A stretch of DNA of 64,000 nucleotides from an uncultured delta proteobacterium (GCA_963771175.1 CAVYSY010000033.1:512001-576000); one strand, 5' to 3'; numbered from the stretch's first letter, positions 31,765 to 42,078 are shown. Translations and numbers: made by a program. The notes: generated by a model from the letters alone, not told the origin.

Positions 31765-34418
31765 CGTCGTCCTCCTCGCGAAACCGCGGCTTCCTCCGGG
31801 GCATCGACCAACTCGTGGATGATGCGAAGGAGCTGGCCGGGCTCGATGGGCTTGACCAGGTGCACGTCGAACCCCGCCCCATGCGCGCGGCGGCGGTCGG
31901 AGTCCTGACCGTAACCGGTGATGGCGACCAGCTTGATCCCTTGGAGGGCGGGGACCTGGCGGATCCTCGCGGCCAGCTCATAGCCATCCATCACGGGGAG
32001 GCCGACATCCAGCAATGCGATGTGCGGCCGGAACGAGCAGGCCGCATCCAGCCCGGCGGGTCCATCCAGGGCCATCCGCGTGACGTACCCCTTCGAGTCC
32101 AGGAGCTCGATGAGCAGCTCGGCCGCATCCTGATTGTCATCCACGACCAGGAGTCGCGCGGAGTGCGAGGCATCACGAACGGACGCTTCGGGCGCATGGC
32201 TCCGGTGCTCGTTACCGACGGGGACGCGCTGCACGATGAGCGGCAGGCTCACCACGAACTCGCTCCCACGGCCCAGGCCCTCGCTGTGTACCGAAACGGT
32301 GCCGCCATGGAGCTCGACCAGGCTGCGAACGATCGCCAGGCCCAGGCCGAGCCCCCCTTGAGAACGGTCGATCGACCGACCCTCCTGGACGAACATGTCG
32401 AAGATTTTCGGCAGGACCTCGGGCGCGATGCCCGCGCCGTTGTCCCGGACCCGCAGCACGGCCCGCTCCCCTTCCCCTGTCAGGGTGACGACGATGCGCC
32501 CTCCCGGATCGGTGTACTTCGCGGCGTTGTTGAGGAGATTCGCCAGGACCTGGGCGAGCCGGGCCGGATCCCCGTCGATGATGAGTGGCTCGCTCACCTG
32601 GGGCAGCACCAGGTGATGCGAGCGCTGCTCTAGCAGGGGGCTCGCCATCTCGACGGCCTCGGCCAGGACGGTCGTGAGGTCGGTGCGCCCGCTCTTGAGC
32701 TGGACCTTCCCGCGCGTGATGCGTGAGACGTCGAGCAGGTCATCGACGAGGCGGATGAGGTGCTCGACCTGCCGCCCGATGATCGTCCGCTCGCGCTCGA
32801 AGGCGCCCCCCTCCTTCATCCCCATCAACTGAAGGGCCGTGACGATCGGCGACAGGGGGTTGCGAAGCTCATGGCCGAGCATCGCGAGGAACTCATCCTT
32901 GCGGCGATCCGCTTCGCGCGCCTCCTGGTAGAGGAGGGCATTGTCGAGCGCCACGCCAGCACGCAGGCCCAGCTCCTCGACGAGCTCCAGGGCCTCGATG
33001 TCGAACCGGCCCCCCTCCTCGCACCCCAGGACGATGGCACCGAGAGTCTGGCCACGGGCCTCGATGGGAGCGATGACCGAGTCGTGGGTGATGCGAGACC
33101 GCGGCTTCGCCCCCATCGAGAGCAGCGTGAGACCCAGCTCTCGCGCGCTCTCGACCCTCGCCGGGTCGCGGTGGACGACGACCGTCTTCGTCTCGTCGGC
33201 GCCGCACGGAGTGCGTTCCGCCACTTGCATGACAATCCAATCGGCGAACCGCGGCACCACCAGGTGGGCCACCCGCTCGAGGGCCGTACCAAAGTCGAGC
33301 GAGGAGCCGAAGCTCGCGCTCGCTTCCGACAGGAGTGCCGCCCGGAACTGCCTGGCTTCCGCCATGTGCCGGGCACGCTGCTCGGCCTCGAACAGCCGGG
33401 CGCGCTCACACGCCTGTGCCGCCTGCTGGGAGATGGCCTGGATGAACGCACGCTCCTCGTCCCCGAACCCGCGGGGCGAGGGAAAGCTGAATCCCAGCGC
33501 GCCGAGACACCGCCCATCGACCACCAGGGGGACGGCGGCGAAGGCCTGGGGCGACGACGTCGGCAGCCGGGGCTCGCCCGTGAGCGAGGAGGCATCCATC
33601 CAGGTGGAGAAGACGCCACTCTGCCGACGAAAAGCCTCCACGAGTGGCAGGTGGGCACTCACCGGAATGCGCTGGCAACCGAGCAGGAGCGTCTCGGGGT
33701 AGCCCACGGCTCGGATCAGCTGCAGCTCGGTCCCGGTCTCCCCGGCCAGGAACATGCTCCCCGCGTGGGCACCCATGGCGGCCAGACCCCGCGAGAGAAT
33801 CACCTCCGCGACCTGCGCGCAGGTCTGCGTCCGGGAGAGGCCATCCGAGATGGCGTGGAGCATCGCGAGCACGGAGTTCACATGCTCGAGGCGACCCTGC
33901 TCCTCGGCGAGCCTGCCGCGCGCGCGCGCCTCACGGCTCGACTGCATCGCGAGCGCGGCCTGGCTGGCGATCAACTGGAGCAGGTGTCGCTCGTGCGCGG
34001 TGGGGAAGTTCGCACGCCACGAGCCGACGAGGACCTTGCCGGGCTCACCCGGGAGCGGACTGGAGACCACGCGAATGGCGGTCCGACCGACGGTGTTCGG
34101 CCGGGGCAGCTCGAAGCTCGCCGGCGAGTCCAGGCTCGCACCACGGCCCGCGGAGAGGAGCGCCTCGCAGTCCAGCTCCGCGGGAAAGCATTGCTCGAGC
34201 TCCTCCTCCAGTCCGTGGATGCGCAGGAGGGCGATGTCGAGACGCAGTTGGGAGACGAGGAGGTCGACGACGCTCTCGGCGATCGCCTTGGGATCCTCGC
34301 CCTGCCAGGCGGAAGACAGCTCGAGGAGCGCGAACAAGTCGTTGACCTGCCGGCGAAGCGCAAGCACTCCCAGTTCGGCGAGTTCCGACAGGCGCACGAC
34401 TGTCCGTTCCCTGGTCAA
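31761..34418 (-). CDS. Hybrid sensor histidine kinase (GAF domains, HisKA, HATPase, receiver)
   Basis: FLAMLGHELRNPL, NLLNNAAKYT, GGLGLGL, VVDDN...LLDVGLP...KP. Confidence 0.93.
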   Translation of the reverse strand: MTRERTVVRLSELAELGVLALRRQVNDLFALLELSSAWQGEDPKAIAESVVDLLVSQLRLDIALLRIHGLEEELEQCFPAELDCEALLSAGRGASLDSPASFELPRPNTVGRTAIRVVSSPLPGEPGKVLVGSWRANFPTAHERHLLQLIASQAALAMQSSREARARGRLAEEQGRLEHVNSVLAMLHAISDGLSRTQTCAQVAEVILSRGLAAMGAHAGSMFLAGETGTELQLIRAVGYPETLLLGCQRIPVSAHLPLVEAFRRQSGVFSTWMDASSLTGEPRLPTSSPQAFAAVPLVVDGRCLGALGFSFPSPRGFGDEERAFIQAISQQAAQACERARLFEAEQRARHMAEARQFRAALLSEASASFGSSLDFGTALERVAHLVVPRFADWIVMQVAERTPCGADETKTVVVHRDPARVESARELGLTLLSMGAKPRSRITHDSVIAPIEARGQTLGAIVLGCEEGGRFDIEALELVEELGLRAGVALDNALLYQEAREADRRKDEFLAMLGHELRNPLSPIVTALQLMGMKEGGAFERERTIIGRQVEHLIRLVDDLLDVSRITRGKVQLKSGRTDLTTVLAEAVEMASPLLEQRSHHLVLPQVSEPLIIDGDPARLAQVLANLLNNAAKYTDPGGRIVVTLTGEGERAVLRVRDNGAGIAPEVLPKIFDMFVQEGRSIDRSQGGLGLGLAIVRSLVELHGGTVSVHSEGLGRGSEFVVSLPLIVQRVPVGNEHRSHAPEASVRDASHSARLLVVDDNQDAAELLIELLDSKGYVTRMALDGPAGLDAACSFRPHIALLDVGLPVMDGYELAARIRQVPALQGIKLVAITGYGQDSDRRRAHGAGFDVHLVKPIEPGQLLRIIHELVDAPEEAAVSRGGRR

Positions 34419-34436
34419 ATGGATGACCTCCCTGGC

Positions 34437-35051
34437 TCAGGAGGGTTTGCACACCGTGGAGCTGCCGAGGAGCTCCTCGGGCGGGACGTAGAACGGATTC
34501 TCGCGGAGCACGCCTTCGACGATGGCGCAGGGGTGGGTCCGCAACACGTCGACGAGGGTCGAGCCACTGAAGCGGTTGAGATCGTAGATGCAGATCGCGG
34601 GCTGATTCAGCCGGTTGAGCAGGTGGTTGACGCGCGCTTCGTACTCGAGGACCTGCTCCAATCCAGGTTGCGCCTCGAGCACCCACTCCATGTGGCCCAT
34701 CATGCGAACGCGCGAGAAGCCCTCGGCCCGGCTCGTCCGCACCACCTCCTCGAGGAGCGCCATCATCGTGTCTCCGTCGAACCGGTCATCCTTGAGGTAG
34801 GCTTCATTCCACCCCAGCACCTCGAGCTGCCCTGTTCTCTGGCAGTCGCTGATGGGCACGCCCATCCCCTCGAGGTGCTTCAGATGGTCATGTCTCAGGC
34901 AGGGGTCACAGATGTGGACCGCCTTCTCGCCAGCGAGGATCCCCTCCTGGATATAGGGGCGGAGCACCTCGTACTCCTCCTCTCGAGAGCGGAAGAACGC
35001 GGCGATGTGAAAGTGCTGGAGCTTCCTTCCGGCCACGGTCACTTCATTCAC
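34437..35051 (-). CDS. Stand-alone MEDS-domain sensory protein
   Basis: HIAAFF, YLKDDRFD, GHMEW, EYEARVN, CIYDL, LRTHP, NPFYVPP; GTG after GGAGG. Confidence 0.85.
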   Translation of the reverse strand: MNEVTVAGRKLQHFHIAAFFRSREEEYEVLRPYIQEGILAGEKAVHICDPCLRHDHLKHLEGMGVPISDCQRTGQLEVLGWNEAYLKDDRFDGDTMMALLEEVVRTSRAEGFSRVRMMGHMEWVLEAQPGLEQVLEYEARVNHLLNRLNQPAICIYDLNRFSGSTLVDVLRTHPCAIVEGVLRENPFYVPPEELLGSSTVCKPS

Positions 35052-35316
35052 GGCGGTCCGCCTCCCCCTGGTGAGGTTCAACGAGCTCCCGACCGAGGCC
35101 CCCCACGCTCAGTCCCCCTGGAAGGTGGAGCTATCGGAACTGAAAAATACGCTTATCGCTGGAGGAGTGGGGCCGCGTGGTTCCGAGGGCGTCCGGAAGA
35201 GGACAGCCAGGGCGCCGAGCCCATCGCGGGAAGAACAACCGGCCTCGGGTTGAGTCACATCGCGGCGCCATGGACTCTATCGGGCGAGGTGTTTCATCTC
35301 CGAAGGAGCGACGGCG

Positions 35317-35898
35317 ATGCTGGACACGCACATCGATCAACGGTTCAAGCGGACGTGGGACTTCTTCCTGGCCAATGCAACAGGGCTGCTGCTCGGTGGA
35401 CTGGTGGTCCTCGTGGGCGCGCTCTTCGTGATTCCCGCGCCCTGGTTCGCGCTCAACCTGCTCCAGGAGACCCTGGAGTGCACCCGTACCGGCCGGCCGG
35501 TTCGCTGGCAGGCGACCTATGACCGGCCGGGCAACTTCGTGAAGAGTTGGGGACTCACCCTGGCGATGGGAATTCCCATCGCCCTCGGCTTCGCCCTCTT
35601 CATCGTGCCGGGCGTGCTCCTCTCACTCTACTGGTTCCAAGCGCCGATGCTGGCCGCCGACGGCCGGAGGACGCTCGAGGCCCTCGCGGAGAGTGGCCGC
35701 ATCTTCCAGCGCCGGAGCGACTGGGCGGCCTACTTCCTCAACTGGCTCGTCCTGGCGGTGCTCGGCGCGCTGGCCGGGGTGACCGCCGTCGCCGTCATCC
35801 TCACCCTGCCGCTCTCAGTCGCCTACCTCGCCTACTGCTACACCGATGAGACCGGCTCGGTGCCGCTCACGCTGCCAAGGCGCGAAGTCGTGGTGTGA
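35317..35898 (+). CDS. Four-TM membrane protein of unknown function
   Basis: AAGGAG upstream; hydrophobic segments; LFIVPG motif. Confidence 0.7.
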   Translation: MLDTHIDQRFKRTWDFFLANATGLLLGGLVVLVGALFVIPAPWFALNLLQETLECTRTGRPVRWQATYDRPGNFVKSWGLTLAMGIPIALGFALFIVPGVLLSLYWFQAPMLAADGRRTLEALAESGRIFQRRSDWAAYFLNWLVLAVLGALAGVTAVAVILTLPLSVAYLAYCYTDETGSVPLTLPRREVVV

Positions 35899-35961
35899 GA
35901 CGCGAGCGAGCAAGGACGCTCCTTCTTTGAATCTGGCTGAAGGACACTAGGATGCTCGGCC

Positions 35962-36921
35962 ATGAGCGTTCCCGAGAAGATGCAGGCAGTCCTCTTCGAC
36001 AACTATGGCCCCCCGGACGTCCTTCACCTCGGCGAGCTGCCCGTCCCCTCGCCCGCGCCGGATGAGGTGTTGGTGCGGGTGCGGGCCGCCGGCATCAATC
36101 CCGCGGACACCGGCCTGCGAGCCGGGAAATACAAACTCTTCACCGGCAGCCGCTTCCCCAAGAAGCTCGGTCTGGATCTGGCGGGAGAGGTCGCCCAGGT
36201 GGGCACGGGCGTGAAGGACTTCCGCGCGGGTGACGCCGTCTACACCTTCCTGCGCGTGGGCAGTCCCGGCTCCTATGCCCAGTACGCCACCGTGAGCGCG
36301 TCCAGCCTCGCTCCCAAGCCGAAGACGCTCGGCTTCACCGAGGCGGCCGCCGTGCCCGTGGCCGCGCTCACCGCGCTCCAGGCACTGCGTGTCCATGGCC
36401 AGCTGAAGGCCGGCCAGCGGCTGCTCGTCATTGGCGCCTCGGGCGGCGTGGGCACCTTCGCCGTGCAACTGGGGAAGCTGCTGGGTGCCCACGTCACCGG
36501 CGTGTGTAGCACCCGGAACGTGGAGCTGGTGCGTGGGCTGGGCGCGGACGAGATCATCGACTACACGCAGGAGTCCTTCACCTCCGGAAACCGGAGCTGG
36601 GACGTCATCTTCGACACGGTGGGGACGGACTACGGCGCCTCCAAGAAGGCGCTCGCCCGGCGCGGCACCTGGGTCACCATCATTCCCTCGCCCAAGGCGT
36701 TTCTCACCACCGCGCTCGGCATGATTCCCGGTGTACCCCCGGTCCGCACCTTCATGGCCCAGCCGGAAGCCGCCCAGCTCCGCGAGGTGGCGGAGTGGAT
36801 CGACTCCGGCCAGCTGCGCGTCCTGCTCGAGAAGGCGTACCCGCTGGCCGAGGCGGCCGAGGCCCACCGGCACAGCGAGTCCCACCGCGCCCGCGGCAAG
36901 CTCGTCCTGGAGCTCCCGTAG
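35962..36921 (+). CDS. NADP-dependent quinone-oxidoreductase-like MDR protein
   Basis: YGPPDVL, GINPAD, GASGGVG, ARGKLVL; no Zn-binding Cys set. Confidence 0.9.
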   Translation: MSVPEKMQAVLFDNYGPPDVLHLGELPVPSPAPDEVLVRVRAAGINPADTGLRAGKYKLFTGSRFPKKLGLDLAGEVAQVGTGVKDFRAGDAVYTFLRVGSPGSYAQYATVSASSLAPKPKTLGFTEAAAVPVAALTALQALRVHGQLKAGQRLLVIGASGGVGTFAVQLGKLLGAHVTGVCSTRNVELVRGLGADEIIDYTQESFTSGNRSWDVIFDTVGTDYGASKKALARRGTWVTIIPSPKAFLTTALGMIPGVPPVRTFMAQPEAAQLREVAEWIDSGQLRVLLEKAYPLAEAAEAHRHSESHRARGKLVLELP

Positions 36922-36941
36922 AGCATACGACCGGAACTCTG

Positions 36942-37487
36942 ATGACCTGCTTCATCGCGCTCCTGCGCGGCATCAACGTTGGCGGCAACCGCAAGATCCC
37001 GATGGCCGAGCTCCGCGAGCTCTGTGCTGAGCTCGGCTTCGAGGACGTGCGGAGCTATATCCAGAGCGGCAATCTCGTCTTCAACGCCTCCGGCAAGGCG
37101 GATGCGGTGGAGGCCAGGCTCGAGACGGCGATTGAGAAACGTTTTGGCTTCGCGGTGGACGTGCTCGTCCGCACCGCCGCCCAGTGGTCGGCGTATGTGA
37201 AGGGAAACCCGCTTCCGGAAGCTTCGGAGAAAGAGCCCCAGCTGGTGCAGATGGCCCTTTCCAAGGCACCACCGAAGAAGGATGCCGTCGCGGCGCTCCG
37301 CGAACGCGCGACCATGGGCGAGCGGCTCGAGGCCGCGGGTGAGGCAATCTGGGTTCACTTCGCCGGGGGAGTGGCGAGATCGAAGCTGTCGCCGGCGGTG
37401 TTCGAGCGTCTCGTCGGCTCCCCCGTCACCGCGCGCAACTGGCGGACGGTGCAGGAGTTGGCGGAGCTGGCCGGCACCGCCGAGTGA
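36942..37487 (+). CDS. DUF1697-family protein
   Basis: ALLRGINVGG, YIQSGN, TARNWRT. Confidence 0.9.
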   Translation: MTCFIALLRGINVGGNRKIPMAELRELCAELGFEDVRSYIQSGNLVFNASGKADAVEARLETAIEKRFGFAVDVLVRTAAQWSAYVKGNPLPEASEKEPQLVQMALSKAPPKKDAVAALRERATMGERLEAAGEAIWVHFAGGVARSKLSPAVFERLVGSPVTARNWRTVQELAELAGTAE

Positions 37488-37573
37488 AAGGCTCCGCCAC
37501 ACCGGCAGGCTTCGGTCGGTGCTTTCAGGCCCTCGCGCAGGCAGAATCCTCCTGTCCCATTCTGGAGACCCAC

Positions 37574-38143
37574 ATGTTCGGCAGACTTCTTCTCTGGGTG
37601 CGGCGCAACTCGCGCAAGGCGGTCGCCCTCGCCCTCGCCCCAGGCCTCATCGCGCTCGCCTTCGATGCCGCCATCGGCCATTGGGCAGGGAAGGACTTCG
37701 ACAACCGGATACAAGCCATACCGGTGCTCTATGGCCTCATCGGCTTCGTCCTGATGACGAGCGTCTGCATCCCCAGGTCCCGTGCGGTGTTCGCGTGGAC
37801 GGCGCGCCTCGTCGGTGGAGCCGGAGTCATCATCGGCCTCGTGGGGACGGTCCTCCACTCCCTCGCGTTGCTCGAGGAGCTCCAGGGTCAGTACACGCTC
37901 GCGAGCTTCGAAGGGGCCTTCTCGGTGGCGCCTCCCCTGCTCGCGCCGCTCGGCTTCACGGGCGTGGGCGCCGTGATGTTCCTCCTGCCGAGCGCCAGGC
38001 TCCTGCTCCGCCTGCGCGTCGGCCGCCCTCCCGCCGTGAGCACCACCTCTGCCGAGGTGGTCGAGCATCCGGAGTTCACCTCGTCCGCGACGTCGAAGCA
38101 GCCCCGAGGCGCCGCTGACAAGGAAAAGCAGCTCGTGAGCTGA
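37574..38143 (+). CDS. Membrane protein of unknown function
   Basis: GGAG upstream; four hydrophobic segments, G-x3-H and APPLLAPL motif. Confidence 0.7.
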   Translation: MFGRLLLWVRRNSRKAVALALAPGLIALAFDAAIGHWAGKDFDNRIQAIPVLYGLIGFVLMTSVCIPRSRAVFAWTARLVGGAGVIIGLVGTVLHSLALLEELQGQYTLASFEGAFSVAPPLLAPLGFTGVGAVMFLLPSARLLLRLRVGRPPAVSTTSAEVVEHPEFTSSATSKQPRGAADKEKQLVS

Positions 38144-38165
38144 GTGGCCTGACCCTCCGCGGCAC

Positions 38166-38423
38166 CTACGCGGCAGCGGTCACCGCGCTCAGCACCTCCA
38201 CCGTGTCGCGCTCCCCGTTCACCCGGAGCCGGTCACCGGTGCGCAGACGCATCGTCGCATTGCCACAGCCGACCACCGCGGGGATGCCGAGCTCGCGCGC
38301 CACGATGGCGGCGTGCGACAGCGGCGCGCCGACATCGGTGATCACCGCCGCGGCGCGTGGGAACAGCGGCGTCCAGCCGATGTTGGTCACGGTCGTGACC
38401 AGGATCTCGCCGGGCTGGAGCTC
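38166..38423 (-). pseudogene. Orphan C-terminal PEP-utiliser His-swivel fragment
   Basis: LQPGEILVTTVTNIGWTPLF...GAPLSHAAIVARELGIPAVVG. Homology begins upstream of any start codon. Confidence 0.75.
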
Positions 38424-38447
38424 GAGGGATGGCCGCGGTACTTCCGC

Positions 38448-38969
38448 TCACTGGCGCTTCAGGAAGGCCGAGTGGCAGGCGACGCACGTCTGCACCAGGA
38501 GGCCATAGTTCTCGGCGAGCACCTTGTCCTGGCGCCTCTCGGCGGAGGTCATGACGGCCTGGGCCCGCATGCGAACCTCGTCCTGGAGGAGGAAGAAGCT
38601 CTCGGGCAGGGCGGCGCTCAGGTCGTCCTCGGTACCGGGGACGGGTCGGGCGATCCGGGGCTCGGAGGCGATGCGCTGGGCGGCGGCGCGCGCCATGTCG
38701 TACCGGAGCAGCGTCACGCCATACATCAGCTCTCGCGCATCCAGCCCGTGGCGCCCCATCCTCTTGCGCAGCAGGGCGCGCACGTTGTCGGAGAGGAAGT
38801 CCTCCGAGGGCGGGCGCTCGCTGGCCGTCCCCTTCTTGTCGGGGGCCTTCGCCTTGGAGGACGCACTGCCTGGGTGCTGCTCGGGCTCCGCGGCGGAGAC
38901 GTGGAAGAAGGAGCCCACGGACAGGACTCCCGCGAGCAGGAGGGGAAGGCGGGAGCGGGCGTGCTTCAT
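38448..38969 (-). CDS. Secreted cytochrome c'-like protein
   Basis: Signal peptide, helical body, C-terminal CVACH haem motif; GAGG upstream. Confidence 0.8.
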   Translation of the reverse strand: MKHARSRLPLLLAGVLSVGSFFHVSAAEPEQHPGSASSKAKAPDKKGTASERPPSEDFLSDNVRALLRKRMGRHGLDARELMYGVTLLRYDMARAAAQRIASEPRIARPVPGTEDDLSAALPESFFLLQDEVRMRAQAVMTSAERRQDKVLAENYGLLVQTCVACHSAFLKRQ

Positions 38970-39148
38970 GGGGACACCTCGGTGTGCGGGTTGGGACTCA
39001 TGCTGACGCGGCCACCGCGACGGAGGCAACCCTCCAAGGGACCCAGGCGCCGGTGACGGGGTTTTGGCCCGGGTGCTAGCATGGACCGCGCGGTGCGGCG
39101 CCAGGGGAGCCGGTTGCCACTCCGAGTGGCCGCACCCTGACGGGACGC

Positions 39149-40072
39149 ATGCGGGCTCTGGTCAAGGACGAACGCACGGTGGTGCTGCGCGAGGTACCTC
39201 GGCCAGTGGCATCGCGCGAGGATGACGTCATCATCCAGGTGGCGGTGGCGGGCCTGTGCCGCACGGACGTGTACGTGGCCGAGGGCCGACTGCCCGTGCG
39301 CCCTCCCCTGGTGCTGGGCCATGAGCTGGCCGGCACGGTGGCCGAGGTGGGCCGGGCGGTGCGCGACCTGACACCGGGAGAGCGCGTCACGGTCCACCCG
39401 TTGCTGGCGTGCGGGGATTGTCCCGGGTGCCGACGGGGTGGGCGGTGCGGGCGGCCGGCGCAGCTGGGGGTGCACCACGACGGGGCCTTCGCCGAGTACG
39501 TGCGGGTGCCGGCCTCGGCGGTGTACCGGCTGCCTCCGGGGTTGCCCTTCACGCTGGGAGCCTATGTGGAGCCGGTGGCCGCGGCGCTGGGCGTGCTGGA
39601 GGCGGGTCCTCGGCCGGGTCAGCGGGGCCTCATCTACGGGGACAACCGCATCGCCCAGCTCACGCGCCGGGTGCTGGCCGCACACGGACTGGGCGAGGTG
39701 CCGCTGTACTCGCCACTCGACGGAGAGCGACTGGCCGCGGACGCGTACGACTTCATCATCGAGACGGAGCTCTCCGACAAGGCGCTGGCGGACATGCTGG
39801 AGGCGCTGCGGCCGTGCGGCACGCTGGTGCTCAAGAGCCGGCGGCATGAGCCGGTGGCGCTGCCGGTGGCGCGGGCGGTGCTCAAGGACGTGACGCTGAA
39901 GGCGGTGTCCTATGGCCCCTTCTCCGAGGCGCTCGCGCTGCTGGCCGAGGGCCGGTTGAAGGTGGACGACCTGCTGGGCGAGGTGCACCCGCTGGAGGCG
40001 TACGCGGCGCTCTTCGCGTCGGCGGGTCGCAGTGAGGAGCGCAAGGTTTTCTTCGCCCCGGGCAGGGGCTGA
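39149..40072 (+). CDS. Zn-dependent medium-chain dehydrogenase with atypical nucleotide-binding loop
   Basis: GLCRTD, LGHE, C-x2-C-x2-C-x5-C, VEP. GDNRIA stands where GxGxxG is expected. Confidence 0.8.
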   Translation: MRALVKDERTVVLREVPRPVASREDDVIIQVAVAGLCRTDVYVAEGRLPVRPPLVLGHELAGTVAEVGRAVRDLTPGERVTVHPLLACGDCPGCRRGGRCGRPAQLGVHHDGAFAEYVRVPASAVYRLPPGLPFTLGAYVEPVAAALGVLEAGPRPGQRGLIYGDNRIAQLTRRVLAAHGLGEVPLYSPLDGERLAADAYDFIIETELSDKALADMLEALRPCGTLVLKSRRHEPVALPVARAVLKDVTLKAVSYGPFSEALALLAEGRLKVDDLLGEVHPLEAYAALFASAGRSEERKVFFAPGRG

Positions 40073-40087
40073 GGAGGAGCGGCGGAC

Positions 40088-42013
40088 GTGTGCGGGCTGG
40101 TGGCGTGGTACTCGGAGGAACGGCCCGTACAGGCCGAGGCGCTGCACCGGGCGGTGGGAGCGTTGCGCCACCGCGGGCCGGACGGCGAGGGGCTGTGGGT
40201 ATCAGGAGACAGGCGGGTGGCGCTGGGGCACCGGCGGCTGGCGCTGGTGGACGTGGAGGGCGGGGCCCAGCCGCTCTCCAGCGAGGACGGGGCCGTGCGG
40301 GCCATCGTCAATGGCGAGCTGTACGGGCACGAGCGGCTGCGGGCGGAGCTGGAGTCACGTGGGCACCGCTTCCGGACGCGCTCGGACAGCGAGGTGCTGG
40401 TGCACCTGTACGAGGAGCACGGAGCCGGATGCCTGCGCCACCTGCGTGGCGAGTTCGCCTTCGTGCTGTGGGATGGGCGCAACCGGCTGCTGCTGGCGGG
40501 GAGGGATCGCTTCGGCGTCAAGCCGCTGTGCTACGCGCAAGGGGACGGAGGGCTGTGGCTGGCCTCGGAGGCGAAGGCGCTGCTGGCGGCGGGGCTGCCC
40601 GCGGCGTGGGATGAGGGAGCCTTCTTCCACGCGGCGAGCCTCCAATACGTGCCACCGGACCGGACGCTGTTCGCGGGAGTGAGGCAGGTGCCGCCCGGGC
40701 ACGTGGTGTTGGCGGTCGACGGGCATGTGCGGGTGCGACGGTACTGGGACCTGGACGTCCCTCGCCTGGAGGGCGCGCGGCCGGTGCGCACGGAGGCGGA
40801 GTGGGTGGAGGGGGTTCGCGAACGGCTGGAGGAGGCAGTCCGGCTGAGACTGAGGGGGGACGTGCCGGTGGCGTTCCAGCTCAGCGGGGGGCTGGACTCG
40901 AGCGCCGTGGTGGGGCTGGCGGCGCGGGAGGTGGCGGGGCCGGTCCACTGCTTCACGCTGGCCTTCGAGGCGGAGGGCTATGACGAGCTGGCGCTGGCCG
41001 AGGAGACGGCGGCGCGGGTGGGAGCGGTGCTGCACCCGGTGCGGGTGGGGCAGGAGGCGCTGGTGGAGGGCCTGCCCGAGGCGGTGGCGCAAGGAGAGGG
41101 GCTGGCCATCAACGGGCACCTGGTGGCCAAACACCTGCTGAGCCGGGCGGTGCGCGAGGCGGGATTCAAGGTGGTGCTGACGGGAGAGGGCTCGGACGAG
41201 GTGTTCGCGGGCTACCCGCATCTGCGAAGGGACCTGCTCCTGGAGGAGGCGGCGGGGCCGCGGATGGCCGAGCGGCTGGGAAAGCTGGAGGAGACGAACC
41301 TGGCGTCCGCGGGGGTGCAACTGCCCGAGGGCGAGTCCCTGCCGCTGGAGGCGGTGCGGAGGGCACTCGGTTTCGTGCCGGGCTTCCTGGAGGCGAAGGG
41401 AACGCTGGGCAGACGGGTGCACGGGGTGCTGACGGAGGAGTACCTGCGGCGCTTCGAGGGGAGGGACGCGTACGCGGTGCTGATGGCGGGGGTGGACGTG
41501 GAGGGACAGCTCGAGGGCCGGCACCGGGTGGAGCAGTCGCTCTACCTGTGGACGAAGCTGGCTCTGGCCAACTACATCCTGCGGACGCTGGGCGACGGGA
41601 TGGAGATGGCGCACGGGGTCGAGGGACGACTGCCCTTCCTGGACGGCGAGCTGTATGACTTCGCGCGCGCGGTGCCGATGGAGCTGAAGATTCGGGGGCC
41701 GGTGGAGAAGTACGTGCTGCGCGAGGCGATGAGGCCGTACCTGACGGAAGCGGTCTACCGGAGGCAGAAGCACCCGCTGATGGCGCCGCCCCTGACACTG
41801 TTTGGCACGGCGAGGGCGCAGGGACTGGTTCAAGACGTCCTGCGCAGCCGAGCCTTCAAGACACAACCCTTCTTCGAGCCAGGGAAGGTGCTGGCCTTGC
41901 TGGAGCGGCTGCCAACACTCACGCCCCGAGAGCGGGTAGCGCAGGAGCCGGTGCTGATGATGGCCTTGACGACCGCCCTGCTGCAGGAGCGCTACCGGCT
42001 CTCAGGCGTGTGA
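40088..42013 (+). CDS. asnB: Asparagine synthase (glutamine-hydrolysing)-like amidotransferase
   Basis: N-terminal (M)CG, HRGPD, NGELY, RDRFGVKPL, LSGGLDSS, GEGSDE, EGRLPFLD; GAGGAG RBS. Confidence 0.9.
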   Translation: MCGLVAWYSEERPVQAEALHRAVGALRHRGPDGEGLWVSGDRRVALGHRRLALVDVEGGAQPLSSEDGAVRAIVNGELYGHERLRAELESRGHRFRTRSDSEVLVHLYEEHGAGCLRHLRGEFAFVLWDGRNRLLLAGRDRFGVKPLCYAQGDGGLWLASEAKALLAAGLPAAWDEGAFFHAASLQYVPPDRTLFAGVRQVPPGHVVLAVDGHVRVRRYWDLDVPRLEGARPVRTEAEWVEGVRERLEEAVRLRLRGDVPVAFQLSGGLDSSAVVGLAAREVAGPVHCFTLAFEAEGYDELALAEETAARVGAVLHPVRVGQEALVEGLPEAVAQGEGLAINGHLVAKHLLSRAVREAGFKVVLTGEGSDEVFAGYPHLRRDLLLEEAAGPRMAERLGKLEETNLASAGVQLPEGESLPLEAVRRALGFVPGFLEAKGTLGRRVHGVLTEEYLRRFEGRDAYAVLMAGVDVEGQLEGRHRVEQSLYLWTKLALANYILRTLGDGMEMAHGVEGRLPFLDGELYDFARAVPMELKIRGPVEKYVLREAMRPYLTEAVYRRQKHPLMAPPLTLFGTARAQGLVQDVLRSRAFKTQPFFEPGKVLALLERLPTLTPRERVAQEPVLMMALTTALLQERYRLSGV

Positions 42014-42078
42014 GCCCGGACGGCGGCGAGTGCTCGCCACCTCCCGCTGCGCGCGTTCGAGCCCTGGGTGCACCGGCT

